Shown piece by piece: positions 1 through 13,113 of a DNA stretch of 64,000 bases. This stretch comes from Octopus sinensis (Eukaryota), in assembly GCF_006345805.1 (NCBI RefSeq), contig NC_042997.1, positions 176,452,001-176,516,000 of the forward strand, read 5' to 3'. The stretch's first letter is position 1; each line of letters opens with the position of its first letter. The notes beneath the pieces are model-generated. The model saw only the letters and a list, made by a program, of their open reading frames with translations. It made no database searches and was not told where the DNA came from. Both the position numbers and the translations under genes were made by a program.

Positions 1-713
1 ACCAGATGATAAAAGTAAAAGTTATAGGCAAAGAAATTTAATAGCGACGGAGTTTGTTTTGTAAGAGCAGTCTCTGTGGCTAAATATCTAAACCATTTTA
101 TTTCCAGAAAGTCGCTATGAAATAGAAATCTGTTCATCATCACCCTTATCTTCTCGATATTTAAAAGCACCACTTACACAATATATATAACTTCTTTTGC
201 TTTCGTTCATTCTTTATTGCTTTCCGTTCATTAGCTTATTTTTCTTCCAAGATGCGAAAATTATGGTAAAAATATATTTAGACTAGATTATGTAATTATA
301 TATAAAAAAAAAACTATTTACATCTGAATCTTAAAATAATATCATAGATTATTCCTTAGTTCCAAGGACGATAAAATTTTGAGAATCCATTTTCTCATCC
401 TACACGGATTAATTTCAGATACGGAATTAATAAAATAAAATACAATAAAATAAGCAGATTAATGCGAAATGTGCTAGAGTTGTCCCCCTTCTCCATACAC
501 GGAAGTTCGAGAGCGCATGATCGTTATCTTAAACGATGGCTGCCGACCAGTCGAAAAAGTATTTAGCTTACAACCAGATTTTATCAGAAAATCGCCCTTG
601 TCTGGGGTTGGGATAACTTTGCTGTAATTATTAATAATCGTAGTTTGATAGTTATATCGTCATTCGTTCATTTCATTGTACAGTTAAACCGAATAATTAA
701 AAAAAAGTGAACG
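1..713 (+). promoter_or_regulatory. CpG-retaining promoter/5' UTR region of TRAPPC8
   Basis: CpG is visibly frequent over ~1-1400 and patchily to ~3200, while most of the window is CpG-depleted. There is an ETS-like CGGAAGT at 500-506 and a YY1-like GATGGCTGCC at 535-544. A possible 5' UTR acceptor, TTCATTTCATTGTACAG, ends at 683. The TSS cannot be determined from sequence. Confidence 0.5.
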
Positions 714-870
714 ATGGCGCAGTGCAAGCAGACGGCTCAGGAGTTTATCCAGAACACGTTTAGTCCGCAGGTGGCTGTACTGTGTAGTGCAGATGCTGAA
801 CATTTGTGTCAAAAAAACAATTTGACATTTGTTGAGTTAGTACAACCATTCTGTCGACTTAACAGCGAAG
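714..870 (+). CDS. TRAPPC8: TRAPPC8 coding exon 1 (157 nt, ends phase 1)
   Basis: MAQCKQTAQEFIQNTFSPQVAVLCSADAEHLCQKNNLTFVELVQPFCRLNSE matches the metazoan TRAPPC8 N-terminus (human MAQCVQSVQELIPDSFVPCVAALCS..., recalled). Donor AG|GTAAGA at 870/871. Confidence 0.95.
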
Positions 871-2100
871 GTAAGATTTACATTTTACAAGATATTACTC
901 TCACGAAGTGCCATAATATTGAAAACAAGCGATTATTTTGAGGGTGACGCTCTAAATTGGATCAAAGGGGTGGGATATCTTCCTTCTTTTTCTTTGACAT
1001 ATAACGTCTAAACATAGCATTCTGTTTTCTTTTTGTGATCTGGACTTTAAACTTATGTTGTTCTTGTATGTTTTCGATTAAAATTTACCGTGTTTTCTTC
1101 TTTATTCGTTAAATTATTAATAACCAGTTTTACAAGTCGATAAATTTTCATTAAATTAGCCATGAGTTTTATTTTTTTATCGTTTACATATTTCTCCTCG
1201 GTAGATACTTAAAAATGTTCAACGTAAATATTTTAATCAACTTCATTCCATCTTCGTTACCAAGTTTTCGTGATAAAATCTCTGTACGGTTTTGAATATT
1301 CTTATTTTGACACGTTTTATTTTCGAACCTGCATAATAATATTTTCATTTACGGATTTCAATTCATGCTTTTTATCTCCATCGATTCAATTCATAGATTC
1401 CTCAATAATGCTGTAAGGCCTTCAAAGTCATTCTTTATTTTAGCAGTAGTAGTAGTAGTAATAATAATAATGACACACATTATTTTGTAATGAATAATAA
1501 ATAACATTCAATAAATCATTATTTGAAGCGGGGAGGGTGGAGTATTTTTATTGTGTGCTATGTCTTGGGAAAATTCCAACTAATTTTCGTTATTGTGTTT
1601 TTTGTTTTAATTATTGTGCTGTTCTTATTTTCAAATGTTGGCCATAACATCCTTTTGCCATAGTGAAACGCCGTGCTGTGAATTGTGTACAAGTTATCGA
1701 TATGAATATAATTAGCTCTTATATATGTACAGTGTGTCGCTTGCGCTTCATTCAGAATTAGTATTTGTCTGGATTAATTTAGAAGCCAACTACATTTAAT
1801 ATACACTACACTACCCACACGTATTTCAAATCAATACATTATTACAGGCCCTGGATATAGACTTAATTGTACAACTGCATAGAATTTCTTACGTTTAAAA
1901 AATTCTTGTATAGTTTATTAACGACTGCATTACTCGAAGCACTACAAATATTGAAATAACTAATTTATACACATATGTTATATGTATGTATGTATGTTTT
2001 ACATGAATATTTTTGGCTGAAATATTTTTATTTAAATCTATAAATTAGTAAAATTTTTCGAAAGTATATACAAATATAGTTGAATTTATACATTTATTCA

Positions 2101-2102
<2 letters not shown>

Positions 2103-2189
<87 letters not shown>
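2103..2189. repeat. Compound (CA)n(TA)n microsatellite
   Basis: Read directly from the sequence. Confidence 0.95.
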
Positions 2190-2192
<3 letters not shown>

Positions 2193-2984
2193 GTATTCGT
2201 AGCTTCATTACTCAAGATCACTGTTTATATATTTCCTCTTTCAGTGTGCAGTTCTCCATTGAGTAACAATTTAGTTTCTCACTAACTGCAATTTTGGTTT
2301 GGAATAGTTATTGTACCTTTACTTTGAAATATGAGTTAATTACTTCCTCGACAATTAATAGATGAACACTCGAAGAGGGGTGGGTCCACATGAACCACAG
2401 CCATGTTGTCGATTAACGTGTCATCTAGTTTGTAGTTTTTTTTTTCTTTTTCCTTTCTCGAATTCGTGTAGCTACATCCTTGCATCCATTATTGAATTCA
2501 TTCATTTATTATCGTTTCTTGTTTGAGTTTTTCAGAACGATTCACCCGATTGCCCGTATACAAAGCTATTTGCATTGTTTTATGCAAACATTCTGAGATG
2601 CGGAATATATTTTAAAGACAACTATACTCTATAATAAACTTGTAAGGATGAATAAGAAATATATTTATGCACATGAATATGTGCATATTTATAATTCCAG
2701 TGAAAATATTTACATGTCTTCCACCGAAAAATGTTTTTTTTTTTATATCCTGCAAGATTCTTGACAGTAAACCATTTTAATAAGATCATGATTTTGAGAG
2801 ATGAAACATTTTTCAATATTTACACTAATATTTACATTTATTGGTTTGATCTCCGATTCTCATCAGGTGTCTTATTCATGGATATGCATATCGTGACACA
2901 ATAATTACTAAACTAAGGGTGATAACGTTCTTAATTGACTTCAAAGAGTATCAAAATATACGCAAGATAAATAAACCAATTAAG

Positions 2985-3082
2985 GGCGAAGGTAAAAAAT
3001 ACGCACACCACCCGTTTTCGGTGGTTAAACCTAGGGTTAAGGTTACGCCGAAAACTGCTGTGCGTATTCTTTACTTCCACTT
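2985..3082. mobile_element. ~100-bp palindromic (fold-back/MITE-like) element
   Basis: Arms GAAGGTAAAAAATACGCACA..GTTTTCGG and CCGAAAAC..TGTGCGTATTCTTTACTTC surround a central AACCTAGGGTT. Flanked by direct CAATTAAG repeats at 2977-2984 and 3083-3090. Confidence 0.6.
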
Positions 3083-4604
3083 CAATTAAGATTAATTAAA
3101 TATTTTTCATAGTTTATCGAATATATATTTAATAAGGAATATTGTATCTACGTTTATAATAAATCACTTGAAACGAGGAAGAAAAGCAGTACCATGCCAC
3201 TATGAAAAACACTTAGGTAAATCAGTTTATGGTTGCCAATAATTACAATTAATAAATTGTTCAAATTAGAACTTAATTTTCTAGAAATCAACTACATTGA
3301 GGTAGTCTAATAGTCAAAGTATATAAGAAACATTTTTCATCCTACTTTAATTTGGGATTTTGACATATGGTATCTTTGTTTTCTGAGAGAACATTTTATA
3401 CCATTCAGATCCAACATATTATTTTACTGTATTATTATACATTATTACCATCTCAAAATGAATTCACCTTTAGTTGTTCCACATGTCAGCTGTTTGTACC
3501 AATTTTCACGCTCATTATCTTGACACAGAGGCCACATTTTTTCTTTCTATGTTGTCTTTTACATTGCACTTATTTATCCCTTTACTCTCTCACTCACACG
3601 CACAACTTTTACGATCTTCAGTTGGTCAAAATTAATGTTATTCTGACAAGTATTTATTAGCAATCCTTTGAAGTTTTGTGTTTATCGATTAGATCAAAAT
3701 GAAAGCTTTTGAGTATTAGAAACCAGCGTTTGCTTGCTAGAAGCATGGTGACACAGATCTTTTCCAGTTGTTGGTTGTGAATTATTTGCTCACCAATTCT
3801 GTTTCGTGAAAAATACAACTTATATTCATAAACTTTGAAAAATCTCCACATTTTGATATTGATTTGGCTTCATTTTGGAAAATATATTATTAAAATTAAC
3901 AGCTTTGCATATTTCAAATGGAAAAGGAGACTGGATAGAAGATTACTGAGAACTTTTGATTAGAGATTATTTGTAAAATGTTGAGAACTGATCGCATGAA
4001 AATGATGCTCTATTTTACGAGAGATAGCGAGCTACTTGAAAAGAAAATTAAATCTTATGATAGTTAATTAATGAAATTGTTTATTTTCTTTCATGTATCT
4101 GTTGGGCAGAAGAAATGTTATGGTCTTATATATATTAGACAACAACAATGGAAGCAGTACTGCATCAGTTGATGTTTTTTCCATCTTGCTTGAGCTAAAA
4201 TCTTTTAGAACTAACTTTGTATTTGTGTGGGATATGTAAAATATTTACCTGTTGTATATTGACCATTGGCGAAAGCAGCAATAGGTATTGCCTAAGGAAT
4301 CCTATATTTCTTGAATGAAAATTCACGTAAATTATATTTTCTTTGATGGTGGTGGCATGGGGCCATGCACTGTAACAGCACATCACTGCATCCACCATTT
4401 GTAGATGATTCCCTTCTCCTGGCAGGTGACAACCCTCCAATTCATAGGTTTGTTTGGGTAGTCATTTGCTGGCGAGGGTTTATGAGGTTGGAGTGCAAAC
4501 CCTATTTCAGCCTCTATTAGTTGCCTTTTACAACACACAGTGGAAACATTGAATCTATTCTTTGACATGCTGGTCCCCACAGCTTTTGATGAATAGAACC
4601 ATAT

Positions 4605-4810
4605 TAGTTTCAGATTTTGGCACAATGCCAGCATTTTCAGGGGAGGCTGTAGGTTGATTATGTTGACCCCTGTGCTCAGGTGGTACTTTATTGATCTTGA
4701 AATGATGAAAGCTTAAGTTGACATTGGCAGAATTTGAACTTGGAATGTAAAGACAGATGAAATGCTTTGTAGCATTTAGCCTGGCATGCTAATGATTCTG
4801 TCAGCTCATT
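4605..4810 (-). mobile_element. tRNA-derived SINE, family with GCCTTTCATCC..GGGGTC..AAATAAGTACC core (Meta-domain-like)
   Basis: B-box-like GTTCAAATTC on the minus strand. Homologous copies at 6855-7040, 39160-39350 and 58420-59097. Confidence 0.65.
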
Positions 4811-5094
4811 GTATTAATGAGTGAAATTATATTAACAATGACTTATCTAAACTTTGTAATCTATCCTTGGCTTGGCAACGGATAAATAATCTGAAGGCAA
4901 AAAAAAAAAAAGAAAATATATATAATTATAAAAGAAAGATAACAAAAATTCTGAAGGAATAAAAAAAAAGTTCATACCAACCAAATAGATAATTTTGTGA
5001 AGTACAGGTATATTAAATACATAGCTCATTTGAAAAAGGGGCCTCTGTGGATAGTTCTTTTTCTCATTATATTGAAAATGAAGTCAGTAGAAAG

Positions 5095-5290
5095 ACCTGT
5101 ATTTAGTAGTTTAGTTCCAGGTTAGCCCTGATGAATGAAGGTTTTTCCAAATGTGTCTATCCCCTTGTTTTCAAGAATAGTGTGCTTTTTCCTTTTTTAC
5201 AACAGTAGGCTGTGAAAGGAAAATTTAACTGTTATTTTTAACAGGGTAACTGACTACATAGAGGCTCTTTCATAAGCTTGAAATATATTC
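5095..5290 (-). mobile_element. Short interspersed repeat (third SINE-like family), degenerate
   Basis: Similar sequence at ~11170-11320, ~23810-23880 and ~24025-24100 (CAGGTTAGCCCTGAT / CTGTTATTTTTAACAGG motifs). Confidence 0.4.
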
Positions 5291-6854
5291 AATTTTCATT
5301 TTGGGAAATACTGCTATATAGGATTAATGCTTCAGGATACATAAAAAAAAATGATTTTTTTTCTTGAAATTAAAGGTATTGCAGATTTTTCAATTCTGTG
5401 ACATTTCTTTAATAAAAGATCTTAAAATGAATCTATAATGGCAGATGTCTCAATCTACATCTTACATTAAAGTCAGTAGTCTCTCCTTGAATTTTTGGAA
5501 AGTTTCCTAAAAATGTCCATGCACATATTGATTTGAATTCACACACAATTTGTTTCTTTGTATATGATTTTTTCTCTCTGTATGTACAAGCATATCCTTG
5601 CTCAAGTCTATAGATTTATCCATATACACGCACACACACACATCTTAGCATACAATGTATGATTATATGTGTGTGTGTGTGTACGCATGCATAATCTGTT
5701 AAATCTTAGATTTGTAACCTCTGTTAATGATTTAGACATTCTTCTAATCATTTCTGTTTCTTCACATGTTCACACTAAAACTTGTAAACATCTGTGAATT
5801 AGTAAAATGTTCTTGGTTCTAAACCATGTATTTTGAGGAAGAAATGCTTTTAGAAGGAAGCAGTTCTTCCAAAACCAGTTGTAAATTTAATCATATTTAA
5901 TTGCATAACAAAATTATTTTAATTAAAATATTGGTTTTTAGAATTAGGATTCTAATTTTTGAAAATAAATTATCAAGAAGTTAATCTCAAGGGAATGATG
6001 AGTCATCACCTTTTTATTGTCAATAAAAATGTAAATATAAGAGAAATCCAGATAATGTGAGAAAATTAATTTTTTGTCATAACAAAAAAAAAATGCAAGG
6101 AAATAGTGTATCATCATCCTTTAACATCCATGCTGACATGAGTAAGATAGTATGACAGGATCCAATTGGTCTGAAGACTGCATTGTACTCCAATATCTGT
6201 TTTGTCATGATTTCTATAGCTGGATGCCTTTCTAAAGCCAATCACTTTATGGTGTGTACTAGATGCTTCCATAGAGAGGGAGATGGCTTTATGCTAGGAG
6301 ATGATGGGTTAAAAAGAGCAAGAAGGGGCCAGAACAGAAAAGGTTTCTTGCTGTTGGGGAGCTACATGCTTATTCACATTATAGAAGAAAGGGCATGGGA
6401 GTGGATGAGGTAGAAATGGAAAGAGATAAAAATAGTCATAAGTTGTTAAAGTGGACCCTCAAGATTCAAGGTGAGCAGAAGATTGTGTGGGACAGTGAAA
6501 GATAGAGATGGGGATTGAGAGATAGTGTGAATGTTATGAACAAGTGTTGAAGGATGATAGCTGGGAGAAGTAAGGAAAAGTATGTGTCAACTATAGAAAT
6601 TAAGCAGGGTTGAAGAGGTTTGAAGGGTAACCAATGACACATGAGTAGAGGAGAGGACTGAGTGCAGAAAAGATGGGGTGGTGAAGAGCAGCACAATAGT
6701 AATGACACAGTAGACAGCATGGCAGGGGAGGAAGAGGAGATAAGTGGTTAGGTATGTTGTGAGAGTGTGGAACAAACAGTGAAGGGCAGGGAGATGAATG
6801 GTGATGAAGGAAAGTGATCAATATAAAATATGAGTGGAGAGGACAGTATCAATA

Positions 6855-7040
6855 AAGGTTTTGAATTTTTGTACAGGGCCAGTAATTTTGAGAGAGGGGT
6901 TAAGTCATTTATATAGACCCTAGTGTTCAACTGGTACTTATTTTATTGACCCTGAAAGGCAAAGTCGATCTCAGCAGAATTTGAACTTGGAATGTAAAGA
7001 TGGACGAAATGTTGCTAAGCATCGCCAGCTAGCTGCCTTG
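6855..7040 (-). mobile_element. SINE, Meta-domain-like family
   Basis: GGTACTTATTTTATTGACCCTGAAAGGCAAAGTCGATCTCAGCAGAATTTGAACT, homologous to 4605-4810. Confidence 0.7.
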
Positions 7041-7264
7041 AGGACAGTATTGATAATAAAAGCTAGATAGATAGTGAAATGGCTCTGAGTAGTAAGTGGA
7101 GTAAATGGTATTGGGGAGAAAAAAGCTGAAATATGCAGTTTTACTTGTATTTGATTGGAGCAGCAGACGAATGTAGTTAGATAAGTGGTGGGAATGTCTT
7201 GAGAAATTTGATTGGGAGAGGGGCAGTTGTGCATATATACATACATTATGCTTCCAGAATCGCA

Positions 7265-8290
7265 GTTTCTCCAACATGGGTGGGTTTTATTGTGACTTGC
7301 AAATGGCTAGATATCCCAGTTCTTTGTCATGTCCATGAAGCTCAGGGTCCTGTGGTGACTTCACCACTTTGTCTTGTGTCTTCCTGAGTCTCCCTCTTCT
7401 GCAAACTCTATCCACATTGAGTTGCACTTCTTTGTACAGCTGCCTTCATCCAAATGTACATGTCCATACCAGCACATTCTTTCTTGCATACTTCATCTGA
7501 TTCCTGTTGTGCCTAGTTTTTCTTTTAATGCATTAGTACTTTGTCATTTAGGCAAACTTATGTTGCACATTCAGTGGAGCAAGCTAGCTTCATTTCTTTC
7601 CAGTCTTTTCAAAAATCTGCATTTAAGGGCTATGTCTCACTACAAGGCAGCATTGCAGTTCTGACCACAGGCATCATATAGTCTGCCCTTCATTCTGATG
7701 GAAAGGACCTTTGTTGCTAGCAATGATGTAAGCTCCCTGTTCTTATCTTGGCTACTATATTTTAAAAGCCACCACCTCCCCTGCTAATTACATGTCCTAA
7801 GTAACAAAAGTTTTCAACTACTTTTAGTGAGCCATCTACGCATTTAAGATCCATTTTCAGTGTACTCAAAGTACATATTACTCCAATACATCTATCATAT
7901 ATGAAGCTTATGTTCTCTGTTAGTCTACCTATGATTTTACTACACTTCTTGTGTGTTCATAGCTTACATTGTGTACGGCATATGAAGTTTTTATTTACTT
8001 TTCTGTGTATCAAGCAAGGCCATTTCTCTGAAGATACTAGGATCCTATCTTCTTTCGTACTTACTAAAATCTTAGTTTTTGCTAAGTTTACCTTGAGACC
8101 CCTTGATTTTAGGTTTAGCTTCCATGCCTGAAATTTCTTGTCTACTTACCCTATAGATTCAACTATTTGAATTAGAGCATTAGTATATAGGAGTTCCAAT
8201 CGACAACTAGTAATAAACTTTTCTGTGAAGGTCTATAGAGGCTTCATGAAGTGGAGAGGACTGAAGACTGAACCTTGATAGACTTGAAGC
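7265..8290 (-). mobile_element. RTE-clade LINE, old 3' fragment
   Basis: The minus strand reads GSVFSPLHF..ELLYTNAL (RT), GLKVNLAKTKIL and a degenerate WPC..CKL.THKKC finger. Homologous to 16536-18150. Confidence 0.8.
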
Positions 8291-8309
8291 AGCTAAGCAT
8301 TTATTTTGC

Positions 8310-8631
8310 CTTTTTCTGTTAGTTGTTTCAGCTGTTAGATTGCAGCCATGCTGGGGCACTGCTTTGAAGTATTTTAGTCGAATGAATTGACCCCAGTGAT
8401 TATTGTTTTCAAGCCTAGTACTTATTTTATTGTTCTCTTTTTGCTAAACTGCTAAGTTACAGGGATGTAACCACACCAACATTAGTTGTCAAGCGATGGT
8501 GGGGACAAACTGAAAGACACACAATGATGGGCTTCTTTCAATTCCTGTCTAGCAAATCTACTCACAAAGCCTGAGACTACAGTAGAAGACACTTGCACAA
8601 GGTACCATGTAGTGGGATTGAATTTGGAACC
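8310..8631 (-). mobile_element. tRNA/CORE-type SINE (OR-like), tail type A
   Basis: CORE-like CCTTG.GCAAGTGTCTTCTACT and a tail homologous to 61846-62170. Confidence 0.75.
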
Positions 8632-9253
8632 ATTATTGTAAATGTTTTATATCTCATTATTTTTAATTTTGATGACTCTACTTTTAATTTAGATTGTTAA
8701 TGTAAAGTTATTGGATAAAAGTGCCATTTCCCTCTTGGTTTAAAAGATATTTGCATAAGCCAATGTACCATTAGATTTAGTAGGGAGTTATATATAGAAC
8801 AGTCCTTGTTTAATTTGAATGAAAGATGAGGTTGTTCTATTACCATTGTCTTAATTTAGTTTTGTGCCTCTGTAATGCAATTTATAATTTTATTAACAGC
8901 ATTGTATTTCCCTGAAGATTCGGTTTTGGGATTTGTTCATGCCACATTCTTGGCAATATTATTTGTTAATGAGGTCTGACTGCAGGTAGACTCTATTGGG
9001 ATAAAAACAGGTTTTTAAACTTTTTTCTACTGTCAGTATATAAAAGTAAGTACGGTCAGTCTTTCAACTGACCTTACTGTATTAGTTCATAAATTATGAT
9101 TGAATATCATAAGTTGAAAAATATTTCTTACAACTTTATAATTTCAGTTTGTAGATGCTATGATTATTCCCAAATATTTGAATAAAATTTCTGCACATTC
9201 AGTTAATTTCTTTCATTAAAAGCATATTTCACTATAAGACATTTATGATATGG

Positions 9254-9818
9254 ATGTAGCTGTGTAGTTAAGTTTGCTTTGCAACCACATAATTTTGGAT
9301 TTAGATCCATTGTGTTGAACCTTGGGCAAGTGTATTCTTCTATAACCCTGGGTCAACCAAAGCTTTGTGAATGGATGTTTGTGTGTGTATGTGTATATAT
9401 GTATATGTACAAATATGTATTGGACAATGGACATTAAATAATAATGATATATATCTTTTGTCTCGTTTGTCATTAGACTGCTGCCTTGAAGAATTTTAGT
9501 TGAATGAATTGACCCTAGTACTTTTTCTTTTAAGCCTGGTACTTATCCTATCACTCATTTATGGGGACATAAACACACCAACACTGGTTGTTAAGCGGTG
9601 ATGGCGGAGGATAAACACAGAAACAAAGATGCACACACATAGATATATACATATATATATACATAAATAGCAATCTCAAGATTAATCAGCCGAAATTGCG
9701 AGGATGATCCAGTTCTTGACTGAAGATACAAGGCTTTGAATGACCCGTCCGTGTTTTTTGTATCGTCTATCTGAATGTTTTGTTGTCCCATTTTGTATTT
9801 ATCTATCTATCTATCTAT

Positions 9819-9859
<41 letters not shown>

Positions 9860-10312
9860 TGCACATACATACATACAATGGGCATTCTTCAGTGACTGTC
9901 TACCATATCCACTCACAAGGCTTTGGTTGGCCCAAGGCTATAGCAGAACACACTTGCCCAAGGTGCCATGCAGTGGAGCTGAATCGAGAACCATGTGGTT
10001 GAGAAGCAAGCTTACCACACAGCCATACCTGCACCTATTATATGCACACACACATTTGTGTTTGTATTATTCTTTGCCTTTACTTCATGCGATAGTTGTA
10101 AATGAATGTCACTGTCATGCATATGGTGTCCTTCATTGTCAGTCTTCTGTGAAAATATATCTAGTTGTGGGGAAATATTGCCTTACCTGCAAACTGATGA
10201 GGGTTGGTTGCAGGAAGGGCATGCAGCTGTAGAAAATCTGCCTCAGTGCATTCCATCTCACCCATGTGAGCATGGTTAACTGGACATTAAAATGATGCTG
10301 ATTTTGATGGTT
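9254..10312 (+). mobile_element. CORE-type SINE with RTE-derived tail, split by a nested minus-strand SINE
   Basis: Head at 9254-9380. The tail (AGGAAGGGCATGCAGCTGTAGAAAATCTGCC..ACCCATG..GGACATTAAAATGATG) resumes at ~10036-10312. Confidence 0.65.
9455..10035 (-). mobile_element. Nested CORE-type SINE (tail A) with internal microsatellite and ~130-bp extra insert
   Basis: Head at 9875-10035 (reverse complement of GGTGCAGGTATGGCTGTGTGGTAAGCTTGCTTCTCAACCACATGGTTC), tail at 9455-9635. Confidence 0.75.
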
Positions 10313-11554
10313 TTCAAACATTTGCAACCAATTATATAGATATTTTGAATTTTTAGTTAATAGATACTAAAAAGGAAAAAAAAATTAACCCGCCTGAATT
10401 TGTTCCATTAGACTAATTTTTGAGAGTCACTAGGTTAACTACATATGTAAAAAAATGGATTTATTCCTGGAAGTCACATTGCTGAGTAGAATAAAGCAGT
10501 AACATATCCAATGCATTGTGTTAACTACATTAATTGAATTGTATCTCATAGGAGTGAGGTCAGACTTTAGTAGGTTAGGTTTCACAAATGAGATGATAAA
10601 AGTCTGACAAATACCATAATCTACCCATGATAGCTTTGGAAAATAAATGGTGAAATGTTGATGTTTATAGTTAAGTTTTCCTGAAGAAAGTTTATATACT
10701 AATTTTATTAGATAATTAATGTACAGGCATTGCTTTGTTGTTCAGTTCCATTGTATGGTTTTTGGGGCGAGTGTCTTCTATAGACTCAGGCCAACTAAAG
10801 CCTTCTAAGTGGATATGGTAAACTGAAACTGTCTCCATTTTCTTGTGTGAGTGAGTTTGTATTTTACCTCATCTACACATGTTCTGTGGTTTGTAAACAA
10901 TGATGTCACTGACAATGTTGTTTGCTTGCAGTCAGCTATGAAAGCATGTCTGGGCTGTTTGTTGTTCAGTTGTCTGGAAGGTTATTACCTTGCTTGAAAA
11001 CAGGTTGAGTGGGGTTGGCAAACTGACAGAAATGGCATCTGGCTGTTGAAAACTTTGTCCTGATGTAAGTGCAACCAACAGGAGGAAAGTAAACATTAAA
11101 GCAATAACGAAACTGATCTCTACATTCCAAACTTTAACCTCAGTCTTCTCTTTGTTGAATAGACTACAATTAATTGTATTTGAGCTATGATCATCTGTCT
11201 TTTTAAAGATTAGGATTATCTTATGTATTCTTCCTGTTTTTTTTTTTTTGAGGCGGTAGGATGTGATTTGAGGGAATTTTAGCTACTATTTTTAGTAAGT
11301 CAAGCAACCATGTAGGGACTCCTTTTTTAGTTTGATATTCCAGAATTGTTAAAAGTGATGAAATATGGACACATTTTTTCTCAATTTCACATTCCTTTTT
11401 CTAGTAGCATAAATGGGCTATTTTATGAAATTTTTAGTATTTGCATTTAAAGTGAATGAGTGTTCTCCATTTACATACTCATTTTAGCAATCTTTTACTT
11501 GCAGCAGAAGTGATACATATTAACTTAAAATTTTAACTCGTGATAAAATTTAAA

Positions 11555-11742
11555 GATGCAAGCATGGGTGTGTGGTTGGGAACTATGTGGTCTTGGGTTC
11601 AGTCCCACTGTGTGACACTTTGGGCAAGTGTCTTCCACTATAGCCCTGTGCTACTAAAACCTTGTGAGTAGATTTGGTACATTGAAACTGAAAAGAAGTC
11701 CATTGTGTGTGAATGTATATATTTATATTTTGTATGTGTATG

Positions 11743-11777
<35 letters not shown>

Positions 11778-13038
11778 GTTGGACAAAATAATGGAAACGC
11801 CTTAAAATTTCAAACAAATTTATTTTAATATGGGGTAGGATCGCCTTTGGCGGTAGTTATAGCTTATAGCTTGAATTCTTTGAGGTATGGACTTGTACAA
11901 AGTTTGAATTGTTTCCAAAGGAATTTTTGTCCATTCTTCAGCTAAAACAGTCTCCAGTTCTTGTTGTGATGATGGTGGAGGATATCAACTCCTTACTTGT
12001 TTTTCTAAAATGCACCATAAATGTTCAATAATATTGAGATCTGGGGACTGTGGTGGCCAGATAAGATGTTCAACTTCACTAGGCTGTTCCTCGTGCCATT
12101 CAGTAACAACTTTAACTGTGTGAATTGGTGCATTATCAACTTGAAAGATTGCGTTTCTCTCCAGAAACAGTTCCACAACCATAGGATGAATTTGATAAAA
12201 TTAAATGCTTAAATAGTCTTGACTATTAATTCTGCTATGAAGGTAAACCATTGGGCCAATGTATTTCCAAGATATATCCCCCTCAGATCATCACAGATCC
12301 TTCTCCATGTTTAACAGTTGGAAGAAGGTGTTCTGGATCAAATGCTTTTTTTGGCTGTCTCCACACATATAGTCGGAAATAAAGGCAAAGGATGACTCAT
12401 CTGAGAAAACGGCATTCTTTCACTGCTCTAGGGACTAATTCTATGGGTTTTTACTCCATTCTATATGCTTTGCAATGTTTGTTTTTGAAAGTAGTGGTTT
12501 TCTGATTGCAGCCCTCCTTGAAATCTACCTTTGTGCAGCTCCTGGCGAAAAGTTTTTGTGGAAAATGGGTTCTCAAGGTGGTCATTAAGCTCTGCAGTAA
12601 TTTTGGAAGCTGTAGTTTTGTGATCCCTTCTAACAATTTGCTTAAGAGTCCGACAGTTCCTATCTGAAAGTTTTGGTTTTCTTCTGGATTTTTGTTTTGA
12701 TGAGGTTTTTTCCTCTTTCTCAAAGGCTGTCATTACTTTCGAGACAGTACTTCTTGATACACCATACATTTCAGTTGTTTTCGTTAAGCTAGCACCTGCC
12801 ATATGAACACCAATAATTTGACCTCTTTGAAAGTCTGATAGATCTGTCATTTTAATGAATTTTAATTGTCCTTTTCTGATGATATCTGAAAAGAAACAGC
12901 AATTTTAGCAAAACATATTAAGCAACACTAATAATAATTCAAAAAACATAAAAATAAATAAGTTTTTGATGGTTTTACAGCTATTTCAAAATTCTGATGC
13001 TAGGTATTTCCATTATTTTGTCCAACCCCTGTATGTAT

Positions 13039-13113
<75 letters not shown>

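Noticed and set aside
871-941. ORF-track extension of exon 1 (KIYILQD...)
   Set aside because: Read-through into intron 1 past a good donor. The ORF extensions around exons 2, 3 and 5 are the same artefact.
4346-4398. Small cloverleaf-like fold (ATGGTGG/CCACCAT stem enclosing GCATG/CATGC)
   Set aside because: Only ~53 nt, with no T-loop or anticodon arm consensus; compatible with chance.
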